A stretch of 64,000 bases of DNA from Terriglobia bacterium (GCA_963760215.1 CAVXCJ010000002.1:3665920-3729919); one strand, 5' to 3'. Counted from the stretch's first letter, positions 8,711-17,834 are shown. Numbers and translations: made by a program. The notes: generated by a model from the sequence alone, not told the origin.

Positions 8711-8890
8711 GCAATTCTATCGGGTGATCGGGTGATCTGGTGATCGGGCGATTGAAAAGCAATCCAGAAGCGTGGCCGATTGCGGATTGAAGAACGGCAG
8801 GCAATTCTATCGGGTTATCGGGCGATCGGGTGATCGGGTGATTGAAATGCAAAACAGAAGCAGTGGCGATTGCCGATTGAAGAAGGGCAG
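8711..8890 (+). repeat. 2 x 90-bp tandem duplication, each copy containing 8-mer (ATCGGGTG) and 7-mer (ATTGCGG) sub-arrays
   Basis: Copy 1 (8711-8800) and copy 2 (8801-8890) both start GCAATTCTATCGGGT and end GATTGAAGAA(C/G)GGCAG. By eye about 85-90% identical. They fill the divergent intergenic region. Confidence 0.9.
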
Positions 8891-8912
8891 CGCGAGCGAA
8901 TAGACTCCGGCA

Positions 8913-10385
8913 ATGCATACTCAACCAAGTTCCCGTTTTCCGCTTTTCCTGATGCTGACCATGATGGGCGGGCTGGCGTTTGGGATGCTGGCGCTGTCTG
9001 GCCGGTCGGCAACGCTGCGAAACTCCCAAGCTCGCCCACAGGCGGTCGATCCGCGACTGAAAACGGCGTGGCGTTTTCAACGCGGAGGGTGGACGTATGT
9101 GCACCTGGAGGGATCGCCGGCGGAGATCGGATATCAGCACGGGTACCTGCTGGCTTGGGAGATCGAGGGTGCGTTCCGGGCGGTGAAGCTGCAGGACACG
9201 CACAACACCAAGCGCGAGTGGGAATTTTTCCGCGCGACGGCTCGCGACGTGCTGTGGCCGCACATTGACACCGAGTACCGGCAGGAGTTGCAGGGCATCG
9301 CCGATGGGCTGAAGGCGCGCGGCGTCGCCATGGACGTGTGGGACGTGGTGGCGCTGAACGCATTCGAAGAGGTGCCGGATTACTACGTGCCGTGGCTGGA
9401 CGCGAAGGAGAAGCGCGCCGGCGCGCCGTCGCTGCACGCGCCGGGGAATTGCAGCGCGTTCGTCGCCACCGGGAGCTGGACGAAAGATCATCGCCCGGTG
9501 ATCGCGCACAACAACTGGACCAGCGTTCTTCACGGGGCGCGCTGGCGAATCATCTTCGACATCGTGCCGCAGAAGGGCTACCGCATGATCATGGACGGAT
9601 TTCCGGGGGTGATCGTCAGCGATGATGACTTCACCATCAATGCGGCGGGGCTGGCGGTGACGGAGACCACGATCGCGCGCTTCCACGGGTTCGATCCCAA
9701 CGGCAAGCCGGAGTTCGTGCGCGCGCGCAAAGCGACGCAGTACGCGAAGTCCATCGATGAGTACGTCAAGATCATGAACGACGGCAACAACGGCGGCTAC
9801 GCCAACGACTGGCTGCTGGCCGACTTCAACACCGGCGAGGTGGCGCGCTTCGAGCAGGGCCTGAAACACACGCGCCTGTGGCGGACGAAGGACGGGTACT
9901 TCGTGGGATCGAATTTTCCCAGCGACCCGGAATTGATCAAGGACGAAACCGATTTCGATGTCAGCGACAAGTCGAGCTCGATGAACGCGCGGCACGCGCG
10001 CTGGGACCAGTTGATGGCGCAGCATAAAGGGAAGATTGACGCCGCGCTGGCGAAGAAGTTCGAGAGCGACCACTACGATTCATTCCAGAAGAAAGAAGAG
10101 GCGAACGAGCGGACGCTGTGCGGGCACGTGGAGAAGTCGCCGCGCGGGACGGAGGAATGGGACTGGGATCCGTATTATCCCGGGGGCACGGTGCAGGCCA
10201 AGGCCGCCGACGCGGCCATGGCGAAGAAGATGGCCTTTGTGGCGCGCGCCGGCCACGCGTGCGGCGCGAACTTCAAGGCGACGGAGTTCCTATTCGAGCA
10301 TCCGGAATTTGCATGGCAAAAACCGGCGCTGACGGACATGATCGCCGGGCCGTGGACGGAGTTTAAGATCGGGGAGAGGAAGTAG
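8913..10385 (+). CDS. Phospholipase B-like / C45-type Ntn-hydrolase family protein (secreted or membrane-anchored)
   Basis: 490 aa. N-terminal hydrophobic segment, candidate nucleophile 'PGNCSAFVATG', and 'NNGGYANDWLLADFNTGE', which resembles the PLB-like family signature. Confidence 0.6.
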   Translation: MHTQPSSRFPLFLMLTMMGGLAFGMLALSGRSATLRNSQARPQAVDPRLKTAWRFQRGGWTYVHLEGSPAEIGYQHGYLLAWEIEGAFRAVKLQDTHNTKREWEFFRATARDVLWPHIDTEYRQELQGIADGLKARGVAMDVWDVVALNAFEEVPDYYVPWLDAKEKRAGAPSLHAPGNCSAFVATGSWTKDHRPVIAHNNWTSVLHGARWRIIFDIVPQKGYRMIMDGFPGVIVSDDDFTINAAGLAVTETTIARFHGFDPNGKPEFVRARKATQYAKSIDEYVKIMNDGNNGGYANDWLLADFNTGEVARFEQGLKHTRLWRTKDGYFVGSNFPSDPELIKDETDFDVSDKSSSMNARHARWDQLMAQHKGKIDAALAKKFESDHYDSFQKKEEANERTLCGHVEKSPRGTEEWDWDPYYPGGTVQAKAADAAMAKKMAFVARAGHACGANFKATEFLFEHPEFAWQKPALTDMIAGPWTEFKIGERK

Positions 10386-10462
10386 TTTGGGAAGGCTCAC
10401 CGCAAAGGACGTCCCTCGGCCGCACTCGGGACATGCTCCGGACGCAAGGAAAAACGTCGGCT

Positions 10463-10524
10463 GCAGATGATCGCGGATGAACGCAGATGCTGATTGATAT
10501 TGGCTCATCCGGGTACATCTGTGG
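10463..10524 (+). repeat. 10-mer periodic array (GCRGATGNNN) with partial inverted arm
   Basis: GCAGATGATCGCGGATGAACGCAGATGCTGATTGAT ... CATCCGGGTACATCTGTGG. Confidence 0.75.
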
Positions 10525-10596
10525 CCAATTTTGTTGGCGCAAGCCTCCGTATACAATCAAAGCGAAAATTACTGAAACGAAAGGGCTCTCTGGCCG

Positions 10597-11967
10597 ATGA
10601 GAATGCTATTTGGAACCGACGGGATCCGCGGCGTGGCGGGCGATCCGCCGCTGGATGCCGCCACCGTGTATGCCGTGGGTGCGGCGCTGGGGCGGCAGTT
10701 GAAGGCGCAGCACGGCGACGCGCAGGTGGTGATCGGGCAGGACACGCGGGAGTCGAGCGCGTGGATTGCGGAGTCGCTGACACGGGGGCTGGAATCGGCG
10801 GGCGTCGCCGCGCAGAGCGCGGGCGTGATCACCACGCCGGCGGTGGCGTTTTTGGCGCGCGGCGGTTTTGCGGCGGGCGTGGTGATTTCCGCCTCGCACA
10901 ATCCCTGGACCGATAACGGCATCAAGATTTTCGGGCACGACGGCTACAAGCTCTCCGATGAGGTGGAGGAAAAACTGGAGGGCGACATCTTCGCGCTGCT
11001 GCACGGGAACCGGGTTCCGGCCGCCGCTGCGCAGCGAAGCGACAAGCCGGGGCCGATGGGCACCGAGCCGCGGCTGCTGAAGGAATATGTGGCGTGGCTG
11101 GCGAAGAGCGTGGAAGGGACTTCGCTGCGCCGCCTGCGCGTGCTGGTGGACTGTGCGAACGGAGCGGCGACACCGGTGGTGCACGAGGTGTTTCGTATTT
11201 GCGGCATTCACGCCGAACTGACCTGCGATCAGCCGAGCGGGCGGAACATCAACGAGAGTTGCGGCGCGCTGCATCCGAAAATCGTCGCGGAAAAAGTCGC
11301 GCATCGGCGCGGGATCTTCGACCTGGGAGTCACCTTCGACGGAGACGCAGACCGGGCGCTGTTCTCGGACCGCGAAGGACGAGTGGTGAACGGCGACGGC
11401 ATCCTGCTGCTGGCGGCGCGCGACATGAAAGCGCGGGGGCGGCTGAAGGGCGACACGGTGGTGGCGACCACGATGTCGAACATGGGCCTGGAGGTGGCGC
11501 TGGAGCGCAGCGGCATCCGCATGCTGCGGGCGCCGGTCGGAGACAAATACGTGCTGGAGGAGATGAAAAAGACCGGCGCGACGCTGGGCGGCGAGCAGTC
11601 GGGGCACATCATCTTCCGCGACGGCGATTCCACCACCGGCGACGGGCTGCTGACCGCGTTGCGGGTGATGGAGGTGATGGCGCGCAGCGCAAAGCCGCTC
11701 CACAAACTGGTCGGCGATTTGAAGGTCTATCCGCAGACGATCAAGAACGTGCGGGTCAGGGAGAAAACCCCGTTCGCCGATTTGCCCGAGGTCGCCGGCG
11801 CCATTGACGCGGCGCAAAAGGAGCTGCACGGGAGCGGAAGGGTGGTGGTGCGATATTCCGGGACGGAGGGGCTGGCGCGCGTGATGGTGGAAGCGGAGTC
11901 GGAAGACACGATGAAGCGGATCACGGAGGGAATCGCGGGAGCGATTGAGAGAGCGTTGGGAATTTAG
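10597..11967 (+). CDS. glmM: Phosphoglucosamine mutase
   Basis: 456 aa. 'LFGTDGIRG' N-terminus and phosphoserine loop 'SASHNPWTDNGIKIF'. Confidence 0.92.
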   Translation: MRMLFGTDGIRGVAGDPPLDAATVYAVGAALGRQLKAQHGDAQVVIGQDTRESSAWIAESLTRGLESAGVAAQSAGVITTPAVAFLARGGFAAGVVISASHNPWTDNGIKIFGHDGYKLSDEVEEKLEGDIFALLHGNRVPAAAAQRSDKPGPMGTEPRLLKEYVAWLAKSVEGTSLRRLRVLVDCANGAATPVVHEVFRICGIHAELTCDQPSGRNINESCGALHPKIVAEKVAHRRGIFDLGVTFDGDADRALFSDREGRVVNGDGILLLAARDMKARGRLKGDTVVATTMSNMGLEVALERSGIRMLRAPVGDKYVLEEMKKTGATLGGEQSGHIIFRDGDSTTGDGLLTALRVMEVMARSAKPLHKLVGDLKVYPQTIKNVRVREKTPFADLPEVAGAIDAAQKELHGSGRVVVRYSGTEGLARVMVEAESEDTMKRITEGIAGAIERALGI

Positions 11968-12005
11968 TGATTTAGCGATTGAGTGATTTAGTGATTGCGT
12001 GATGG
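11967..12005 (+). repeat. Tandem 8-mer array (GTGATTNN units)
   Basis: GTGATTTAGCGATTGAGTGATTTAGTGATTGCGTGATGG spans from the last base of the glmM stop codon across the cobB start codon. Confidence 0.85.
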
Positions 12006-12727
12006 TCCGGATTGACGGTAACGATCGGGTGTTCGTGCTGACCGGCGCGGGGGTGAGCGCGGAGAGCGGGCTGCCGACGTTTCGCGGGGCGGGCGGGTTG
12101 TGGCGGGGGAATCGGGTGGAGGACGTCGCGTCGCCGGTGGCGTGGGCGCGCGATCCGCTGATGGTCTGGCAGTTTTATTCCATGCGGCGCAAGGCGCACG
12201 GCGGGAAGCACCCGAACCCGGCGCATTTCGCACTGGCGAAACTTCAAGAGGCGCTCGGGGACCGGTTTTTCTTGTGCACGCAGAATGTTGACAAGCTGCA
12301 CGAGGAAGCGGGGTCGCGCAGCGTGGTCCACATGCACGGGCGGCTGTTCCAGAGCCGGTGCGACAGCTGCGCCCGGCCGCCGTTCGAGGACGCCAACACC
12401 TACGAGGACAACGTGCCGCGATGCGCGTGCGGCGGGCAAATCCGGCCGCACATCTGCTGGTTTGGCGAGACGCCGTACGAGATGGACGTGATTGAGCGGG
12501 AACTGCAGCGCTGCTCGGTGTTCATGGCGGTGGGAACGTCGGGCGTGGTGTACCCGGCGGCGGCATTCGCGGCTCAGGCACGCCGCCGTGGTGGGGCGAG
12601 GACGTATTACGTGGGGCCGGAGGAACCGGCCAACCGCGCCCTGTTCGACGAGTGTTTTCTGGGCATGGCCGGGGAGTTGCTGCCGCGGCTGTTCCACTGG
12701 TCCCAGCTCGGCGCAGTTAAGGTTTGA
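11999..12727 (+). CDS. cobB: NAD-dependent protein deacylase (Sir2 family)
   Basis: 242 aa. 'LTGAGVSAESGLPTFRGAGGLW' and Zn-binding Cys pairs 'CDSC ... CACG'. Confidence 0.9.
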   Translation: MMVRIDGNDRVFVLTGAGVSAESGLPTFRGAGGLWRGNRVEDVASPVAWARDPLMVWQFYSMRRKAHGGKHPNPAHFALAKLQEALGDRFFLCTQNVDKLHEEAGSRSVVHMHGRLFQSRCDSCARPPFEDANTYEDNVPRCACGGQIRPHICWFGETPYEMDVIERELQRCSVFMAVGTSGVVYPAAAFAAQARRRGGARTYYVGPEEPANRALFDECFLGMAGELLPRLFHWSQLGAVKV

Positions 12728-12826
12728 CTTACCTTTGGAGTGGACCTACGCTGAACGGCAGGCGGGGTGAGGCCCGGCGTCTTTACCATTTCCTCGTTAT
12801 TTCAACAGTCCGCATCGAGGTGTGCC

Positions 12827-14485
12827 ATGCCTTCTGCGCGAGCACTCTTCCGGTACGCAGCCTGCATCGTTCTGCTGACCATGCCTTGCGCATATGGACA
12901 GTCCAGCGGCCAAACCGGAGGAGGAAGCGGTGAGGGTAGTACGACGATGAACACTCCCACCACGTCAACACGCCCGACGACGCCGACAATACAGGAGGAG
13001 CGCCGGTTGGTGTTCCTCAGCGGGCGGGTCATGTTGGACGACGGCACGGAGCCGCCGGAAAGGGCGTCCATCGAACGCGTGTGTAACGGGCGGGTGCGGC
13101 GGGAGGCCTATACCGACTCGCACGGACAGTTTGGGTTTCAGTTGGGCGCGGAGATGCGAGGTTTTCAGGATGCAACGGTGGGGGGCAGTCCCGATCCGAT
13201 GCGCAATTCGTATCGGTGTTCAGCGAATACACCAGCGTCAGGCACGCCGCTCGGAACGGCGAGTCAGGGCGTCACGCAGCGGGAATTGATGAGTTGCGAG
13301 CTACGGGCGAATCTGCCGGGATTCCGTTCGGATTCCATTTCGCTGGCAGGGCGCCAGCTTTTCGACAATCCCAGCGTGGGGACGATCGTGCTGCACCGAA
13401 TCGGCAAAGTAGAGGGTACCCGCATCAGCGCCACGTCGCTGCAGGCGCCGCGGGATGCGAAAAAGGCGTTTGAACGTGGCCAGAATTTTCTGAAGAAAGG
13501 GAAGAAAGCGGAGGCGGCCGGGGAGTTCAGCACAGCGATCAAACTGTATCCGAAGTACGCAGAGGCGCTGGTGCAACTCGGCGATGTCTACGCCGACCTG
13601 GGACGCCGTGAGGAAGCGAAGAAGTTGTACGAGCAGGCCATCGAAGTTGATCCGCGCTTCCTGCCGCCGTACTTCGGCCTGGCGGTGCTGGCGGCCAAGG
13701 AGCAGGACTGGAAGGCAGTCGCCGAATTCAGCGGACGGGCGCTGGCGCTGAACGCCTACGAATATCCCGCCGCGTATTTTTACGACGCGGTCGCCAACTA
13801 CAATCTGCGCAACCTCGATCGAGCCGAGAAAAGCGCGCACACGGCGCGGCGACTCGATTCGCAACATCGCCTGCCGCGCATCGATTTCCTGCTCGCCAAT
13901 ATTCTCCTGGAGCGCGAGGACTACGCCGGCTCCGCGGAGCAACTGCAGTCATTCCTGAAATGCCAGCCGGCGGGCGCGGACGCGGACGCGGCGCGCGAGA
14001 TGCTGGCAAAGACACAGCAGAGGATCGCCTCCGGGCGGCGCCTGGGCCGCAATAGTGTGGCGCAGGCTCACTCCAGGTCGCGCCAGTTCTTGCCCACGCC
14101 GATATCCACCAGCAGCGGGACTTTGAGCGGATGGGCCTGCTCCATCTGCTCCTTGACCAGCGCGCGCAGGGTTTCGATTTCCTCTTCCGGCGCTTCAAAG
14201 ACCAGCTCGTCATGGACCTGCAGCAGCATGCGCGACTTGAGTTTTTGTTGGCGCAGCAGGCGGTCAATGCGGATCATGGCGATCTTGATGAGGTCGGCGG
14301 CGGCGCCCTGCAGCGGGGTGTTGACGGCGGTGCGCTCGGCAAAGCCGCGCAGGTTGGAGTTCTTGCTGAGAATGTCGGGAATGGGGCGCACGCGGCCGAA
14401 CAGTGTGGCCACCTTCTGGTCGCGCCTCGCCTGCGCCAGGGTCTGGTCGATGAAGCGGCGCACGCCCTGGTATTTTTCGAAGTAG
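12827..14485 (+). CDS. Secreted CarboxypepD_reg-like + TPR repeat protein (3' end uncertain)
   Basis: Signal peptide MPSARALFRYAACIVLLTMPCAYGQ, a beta-sandwich-like region, and TPR motifs (AIKLYPKYAEALVQLGDVY...). The ORF runs 418 nt antisense into polA without a stop. An out-of-frame TAG sits at 14053-14055. Confidence 0.6.
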   Translation: MPSARALFRYAACIVLLTMPCAYGQSSGQTGGGSGEGSTTMNTPTTSTRPTTPTIQEERRLVFLSGRVMLDDGTEPPERASIERVCNGRVRREAYTDSHGQFGFQLGAEMRGFQDATVGGSPDPMRNSYRCSANTPASGTPLGTASQGVTQRELMSCELRANLPGFRSDSISLAGRQLFDNPSVGTIVLHRIGKVEGTRISATSLQAPRDAKKAFERGQNFLKKGKKAEAAGEFSTAIKLYPKYAEALVQLGDVYADLGRREEAKKLYEQAIEVDPRFLPPYFGLAVLAAKEQDWKAVAEFSGRALALNAYEYPAAYFYDAVANYNLRNLDRAEKSAHTARRLDSQHRLPRIDFLLANILLEREDYAGSAEQLQSFLKCQPAGADADAAREMLAKTQQRIASGRRLGRNSVAQAHSRSRQFLPTPISTSSGTLSGWACSICSLTSARRVSISSSGASKTSSSWTCSSMRDLSFCWRSRRSMRIMAILMRSAAAPCSGVLTAVRSAKPRRLEFLLRMSGMGRTRPNSVATFWSRLACARVWSMKRRTPWYFSK

Positions 14486-16983
14486 GCCTCAATGTAGGCC
14501 TTGGCTTCCCTGGTATCAATCCCCAGAGTTTGCGAGAGGCCGAACGCGGAGAGGCCGTAGACGATGCCGAAGTTCACCACCTTGGCGCGGCGGCGATGCT
14601 CGGAGTCCACCATGAGCGGGGGCACGCCAAAGACCTGCGAGGCGGTGAGGGTGTGAATGTCGTCGCCGCGGCGGAAGGCCTCCACCAGCAACCGGTCTTC
14701 GGAGAGGTGCGCCAGCAGGCGGAGCTCGATCTGCGAGTAATCACCCGCCAGCAGCAGGCAGCCGGGCTCAGCGATGAAGGCGGCGCGGATTTCGCGGCCC
14801 AGCTCGGTGCGGACGGGAATGTTCTGCAGGTTCGGGTTCTTCGACGAGAGGCGGCCGGTGGCGGTGTTGGTCTGATCGAAGGTGGTGTGCAGGCGGCGCG
14901 TGCTTTGGTTGAGCAGCAAAGGCAGCGCGTCCACATAGGTGGACTTCAGCTTTGAGAGCTGGCGGTAGGAGAGCACCAGGCGCGGCATTTCGTGCGCGGC
15001 GGCGAGGTCCTGCAGCACGTCCACGGCGGTGGAAATGGTCTTGCCTTTGCCGTATTTCATCGGCTTCGGCAGGTTGAGCTTGTTGAACAGAATGTCGCCG
15101 AGCTGCTTAGGAGAGTTGATGTTGAATACCTGCCCGGCAAGTTCGTAGATCTGGCGCGCCACCGACTGGCAGTCGCGATCCAGGCGCTTCGACATTTCGG
15201 CCAAAACGTCGCAATCGATTTTCACGCCGGCGTCTTCCATGCGCGCCAGCACGGGCACGAGCGGGAGATCAATGTCGCCGTAAAGCTGCTTCAAGCCAGC
15301 CTGCTCGACTTTTTCGCGCAGGGAGGAGGCGAGGCGGCCGGTGACGTCGGCGGCTTCGGGGAGCGATCCACCCAGCTTGAGGTTGAAGTGGCGCAGCGCG
15401 ACCTGGGGCAGGTCGTGGTTGGAGTAGGTTGGGTCGAGCAGGTAGGAGTAGAGCATGGGGTCGTGCTCGACGCCGGCAAGAGTCGTTCGACTTTGTGAAA
15501 CATCCCCACCCTGTCGCTCCAAACCCGGGAGCGACAAGGGTGGGCCACCCAGCGCGTGCAGGGCGGCCTTGAAGTCGTGAATGGATTTCGCGAGGTTGGG
15601 ATCGGCGAGCGCCTTTTTGACGCGCGCGGCGGCGTCGCCGTCGTCGAGGGAAATTGACAGTGCATGGCCGGGATGGGCGGAGATGGCAAGCCTGTCGGGC
15701 GCGGCGGCGGTCACTTCGGAAACATCCCCACCCTGTCGCTCCCCTTCGGCTGCGTTCAGGGCAGGCTCCAGCGGGAGCGACAAGGGTGGGGCAACCGTGG
15801 TTTCGCTATCAGCGATTTCGTCTTCTTCAGTCGCGGGCGAGGGCGCCCGCGCCACATTGGCTTGCTGCACGGCGATAGCGAGCGGGGCGTGCTTGCTCAC
15901 CGACTTAAGCACGCTTTCCACGTCGGCGGCGGATGCGGCGTCTCGGTAATCGGTCTCGCCGAGTTCGACGCCCGAAGGCAGGAATTCCTTCAGCAGCGTG
16001 GTGAACTCCAGCTCGGCAAAAAGCTCGCGGCAGGCGTCGGCGTCAGGCTCGACGGCGCGCATGGGCTCCAGGTCAAGCGTGACCGGGACGTTAGCATCGA
16101 TCGTGGCCAACTGCTTCGACCATAGAATCTGCTCGCGATAATTCTGCAGCGACTCGCGGTAAGTTTTCTTCTCGATTTCGGCGGCGTGCGCGAGGGCGTT
16201 CTCCACCGAGCCGAAGCGCTGGATGATGTCCACCGAGCCCTTGTCGCCGATGCCGGGCGCGCCGGGAATATTGTCAATCGCGTCGCCGCGCAGCGCCATG
16301 ACGTCCACCACGCGCTCGGGCGGCACGCCGAGAATTTCCTCGACCTTGGGTGGATCGCAAATCAGGTTGTCCTTGGGCGGATTGAGGACGCTGACCCGGT
16401 CGCTGACGAGCTGCAGCATGTCCTTGTCGTTGGAGACGACGTAGACGGTGTGCGACTGCGCGGCGGCCTGGCGGGCGAGCGTGCCGATGACGTCGTCGGC
16501 CTCGTAGCCCGGCATCTCGAGGATGGGAATGCGGTAGGCCTCAAGCAGGCGGCGGATGTGAGGGATCTGCTGCGCCAGGTCGGCGGGCATTTCCGCACGC
16601 TGCGCCTTGTAGCCCTTGTACTCCTGCTGCTGGAAGGTTTGCGTTTTCAGGTCGAACTTGCCGACAGCGGACATTTGCGCCGCCTGCTGGTCGCGGAAGG
16701 TGGGTGCGGCCACGTCGAAAACGGCGGCGCGGTACTCGGGCGCAAAGTCCTTTACCAGCTTGAGCAGCATGTTGGTGAAGACGAAGGTGGCGCTGGTGGG
16801 AACGCCGGTCTTGGTGCTCATCGGCCGCTGGCGCGCCATGGCGTGATAGGCGCGGAAGATGAACGACATGGCGTCGATCAGGAAGATGCGGGGGTTGCCG
16901 TCATTTTTCGGCGGCGTCTTGGGGGACGACGGCGCGGGCGCGGTGGTCGCGGGTTGCTGAGCGAATTTTTTGCGTGGGGGCAA
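14068..16983 (-). CDS. polA: DNA polymerase I
   Basis: 971 aa. 5'-nuclease 'IFLIDAMSFIFRAYHA'; polymerase motifs 'DYSQIELRLLAH' and 'LLQVHDELVFEAP'. Contains two repeat-derived in-frame insertions (see repeats at 15504 and 15723). Confidence 0.95.
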   Translation of the reverse strand: MPPRKKFAQQPATTAPAPSSPKTPPKNDGNPRIFLIDAMSFIFRAYHAMARQRPMSTKTGVPTSATFVFTNMLLKLVKDFAPEYRAAVFDVAAPTFRDQQAAQMSAVGKFDLKTQTFQQQEYKGYKAQRAEMPADLAQQIPHIRRLLEAYRIPILEMPGYEADDVIGTLARQAAAQSHTVYVVSNDKDMLQLVSDRVSVLNPPKDNLICDPPKVEEILGVPPERVVDVMALRGDAIDNIPGAPGIGDKGSVDIIQRFGSVENALAHAAEIEKKTYRESLQNYREQILWSKQLATIDANVPVTLDLEPMRAVEPDADACRELFAELEFTTLLKEFLPSGVELGETDYRDAASAADVESVLKSVSKHAPLAIAVQQANVARAPSPATEEDEIADSETTVAPPLSLPLEPALNAAEGERQGGDVSEVTAAAPDRLAISAHPGHALSISLDDGDAAARVKKALADPNLAKSIHDFKAALHALGGPPLSLPGLERQGGDVSQSRTTLAGVEHDPMLYSYLLDPTYSNHDLPQVALRHFNLKLGGSLPEAADVTGRLASSLREKVEQAGLKQLYGDIDLPLVPVLARMEDAGVKIDCDVLAEMSKRLDRDCQSVARQIYELAGQVFNINSPKQLGDILFNKLNLPKPMKYGKGKTISTAVDVLQDLAAAHEMPRLVLSYRQLSKLKSTYVDALPLLLNQSTRRLHTTFDQTNTATGRLSSKNPNLQNIPVRTELGREIRAAFIAEPGCLLLAGDYSQIELRLLAHLSEDRLLVEAFRRGDDIHTLTASQVFGVPPLMVDSEHRRRAKVVNFGIVYGLSAFGLSQTLGIDTREAKAYIEAYFEKYQGVRRFIDQTLAQARRDQKVATLFGRVRPIPDILSKNSNLRGFAERTAVNTPLQGAAADLIKIAMIRIDRLLRQQKLKSRMLLQVHDELVFEAPEEEIETLRALVKEQMEQAHPLKVPLLVDIGVGKNWRDLE
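15504..15544 (+). repeat. Hairpin repeat inside polA CDS
   Basis: CCCCACCCTGTCGCTCC-AAACCC-GGGAGCGACAAGGGTGGG. Translated on the - strand as ...GGPPLSLPGLERQGGDV... Confidence 0.85.
15723..15796 (+). repeat. Composite hairpin repeat inside polA CDS (core family nested in hairpin loop)
   Basis: CATCCCCACCCTGTCGCTCC-CCTTCGGCTGCGTTCAGGGCAGGCTCC-AGC-GGGAGCGACAAGGGTGGGGCAACC. Translated as ...VAPPLSLPLEPALNAAEGERQGGDV... Confidence 0.85.
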
Positions 16984-17033
16984 CAGATCAGTTTAGCAAG
17001 GGCGGGAGCGGTCGGCGAGGGGCGGAGACGGTA

Positions 17034-17167
17034 GGGGTCCTTCGACTCGGACGCGCAAAAGCGGCGCGCAAAAGCCAAGAGTTCCCTCGGCTTCGCCTCG
17101 GGATTTCGGCAGCGGGCTCCCGCTTCGCTCACGCCCGCTAAACGCCTCAACCTCGCTCAGGATGACA
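17034..17167 (+). repeat. GC-rich repeat unit bounded by GGGGTCCTTCGACTCGG ... CTCGCTCAGGATGACA (long variant)
   Basis: The termini match units at 28549, 37543, 42721 and 45113. Intergenic, between the 5' end of polA and the 3' end of the CDO-like gene. Confidence 0.8.
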
Positions 17168-17197
17168 TCCGTTAATTTTTCTCCAAGACTTGAACAG

Positions 17198-17237
17198 CTG
17201 ATCCGCATTGATCCGTGAGATCCGTGGCCATCTGCGG
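17198..17237 (+). repeat. Tandem 9/10-mer array (ATCCGYNNN units)
   Basis: CTGATCCGCATTGATCCGTGAGATCCGTGGCCATCTGCGG ends at the stop codon of the gene at 17238. Confidence 0.8.
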
Positions 17238-17834
17238 CTAAGCTTTCTTTCCGTACTCGGTCGTGTAGCTCAGCTTGATTTCGCCGCAGGTGCCCTGCTC
17301 CTCGGAATAAACGACGCAGGAATCGAACGGCTTGGAGTAGATGTGCAGGCTGACGGCGCGCTGGTTGAACTCGCGCGGGTTGGACACCTTGTGCACCGGT
17401 TCGGCGGGATCGACGGCGCAGCACTGCACGGGATTCATTTCCTGGATGTCGGTGGGCTCGAGCTTGCAGCGGCCGCCCACGAGATCTTCCATCAGCGTGC
17501 GGTAGTTCTGCACCAGCAGGCGTCCGATGGGCACGGCCATCCAGCAGTTCTGCTGGTGATGGTTGTGGATGGAGCTGCCCTGGCCGATTTCCCAGCAGAT
17601 GGCGACCAGCTCGTACAGCGGCGTTTTGTCAATCAGGTTGCGCGTGTAATGCTGGCGGTCCCAGATGAGGTAGGGCGCGAGCGTGTCAGGCTCGATGGGA
17701 TGCGAGTTGAGGAAGCGCTGCAGTTGCGCGACCTCCAGGAACGCGGATTCGGGGAACTTGCGCAATTCGCGGACGAAGTCCTGGATGGAACAGGCGTTCA
17801 CGGCCGGCTGAGTGCTCACGGGCGTCCTCCCCAC
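17238..17834 (-). CDS. Cysteine dioxygenase type I family (cupin) protein
   Basis: 198 aa. 'CWEIGQGSSIHNHHQQNCWMAVPIG' matches the CDO-type cupin metal-site region. Confidence 0.7.
   Translation of the reverse strand: MGRTPVSTQPAVNACSIQDFVRELRKFPESAFLEVAQLQRFLNSHPIEPDTLAPYLIWDRQHYTRNLIDKTPLYELVAICWEIGQGSSIHNHHQQNCWMAVPIGRLLVQNYRTLMEDLVGGRCKLEPTDIQEMNPVQCCAVDPAEPVHKVSNPREFNQRAVSLHIYSKPFDSCVVYSEEQGTCGEIKLSYTTEYGKKA

Noticed and set aside
8711-8890. Possible CRISPR array (and likewise the other short tandem arrays)
   Set aside because: The units are 6-10 nt, directly adjacent and without unique spacers. The 90-bp copies are a plain duplication. There are no cas genes and no 25-40-nt repeat/spacer periodicity.
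10531-10557. Possible glmM promoter (TTGTTG ... TACAAT)
   Set aside because: The spacer is only 15 nt and the -35 is weak. That is not enough support for a feature call.
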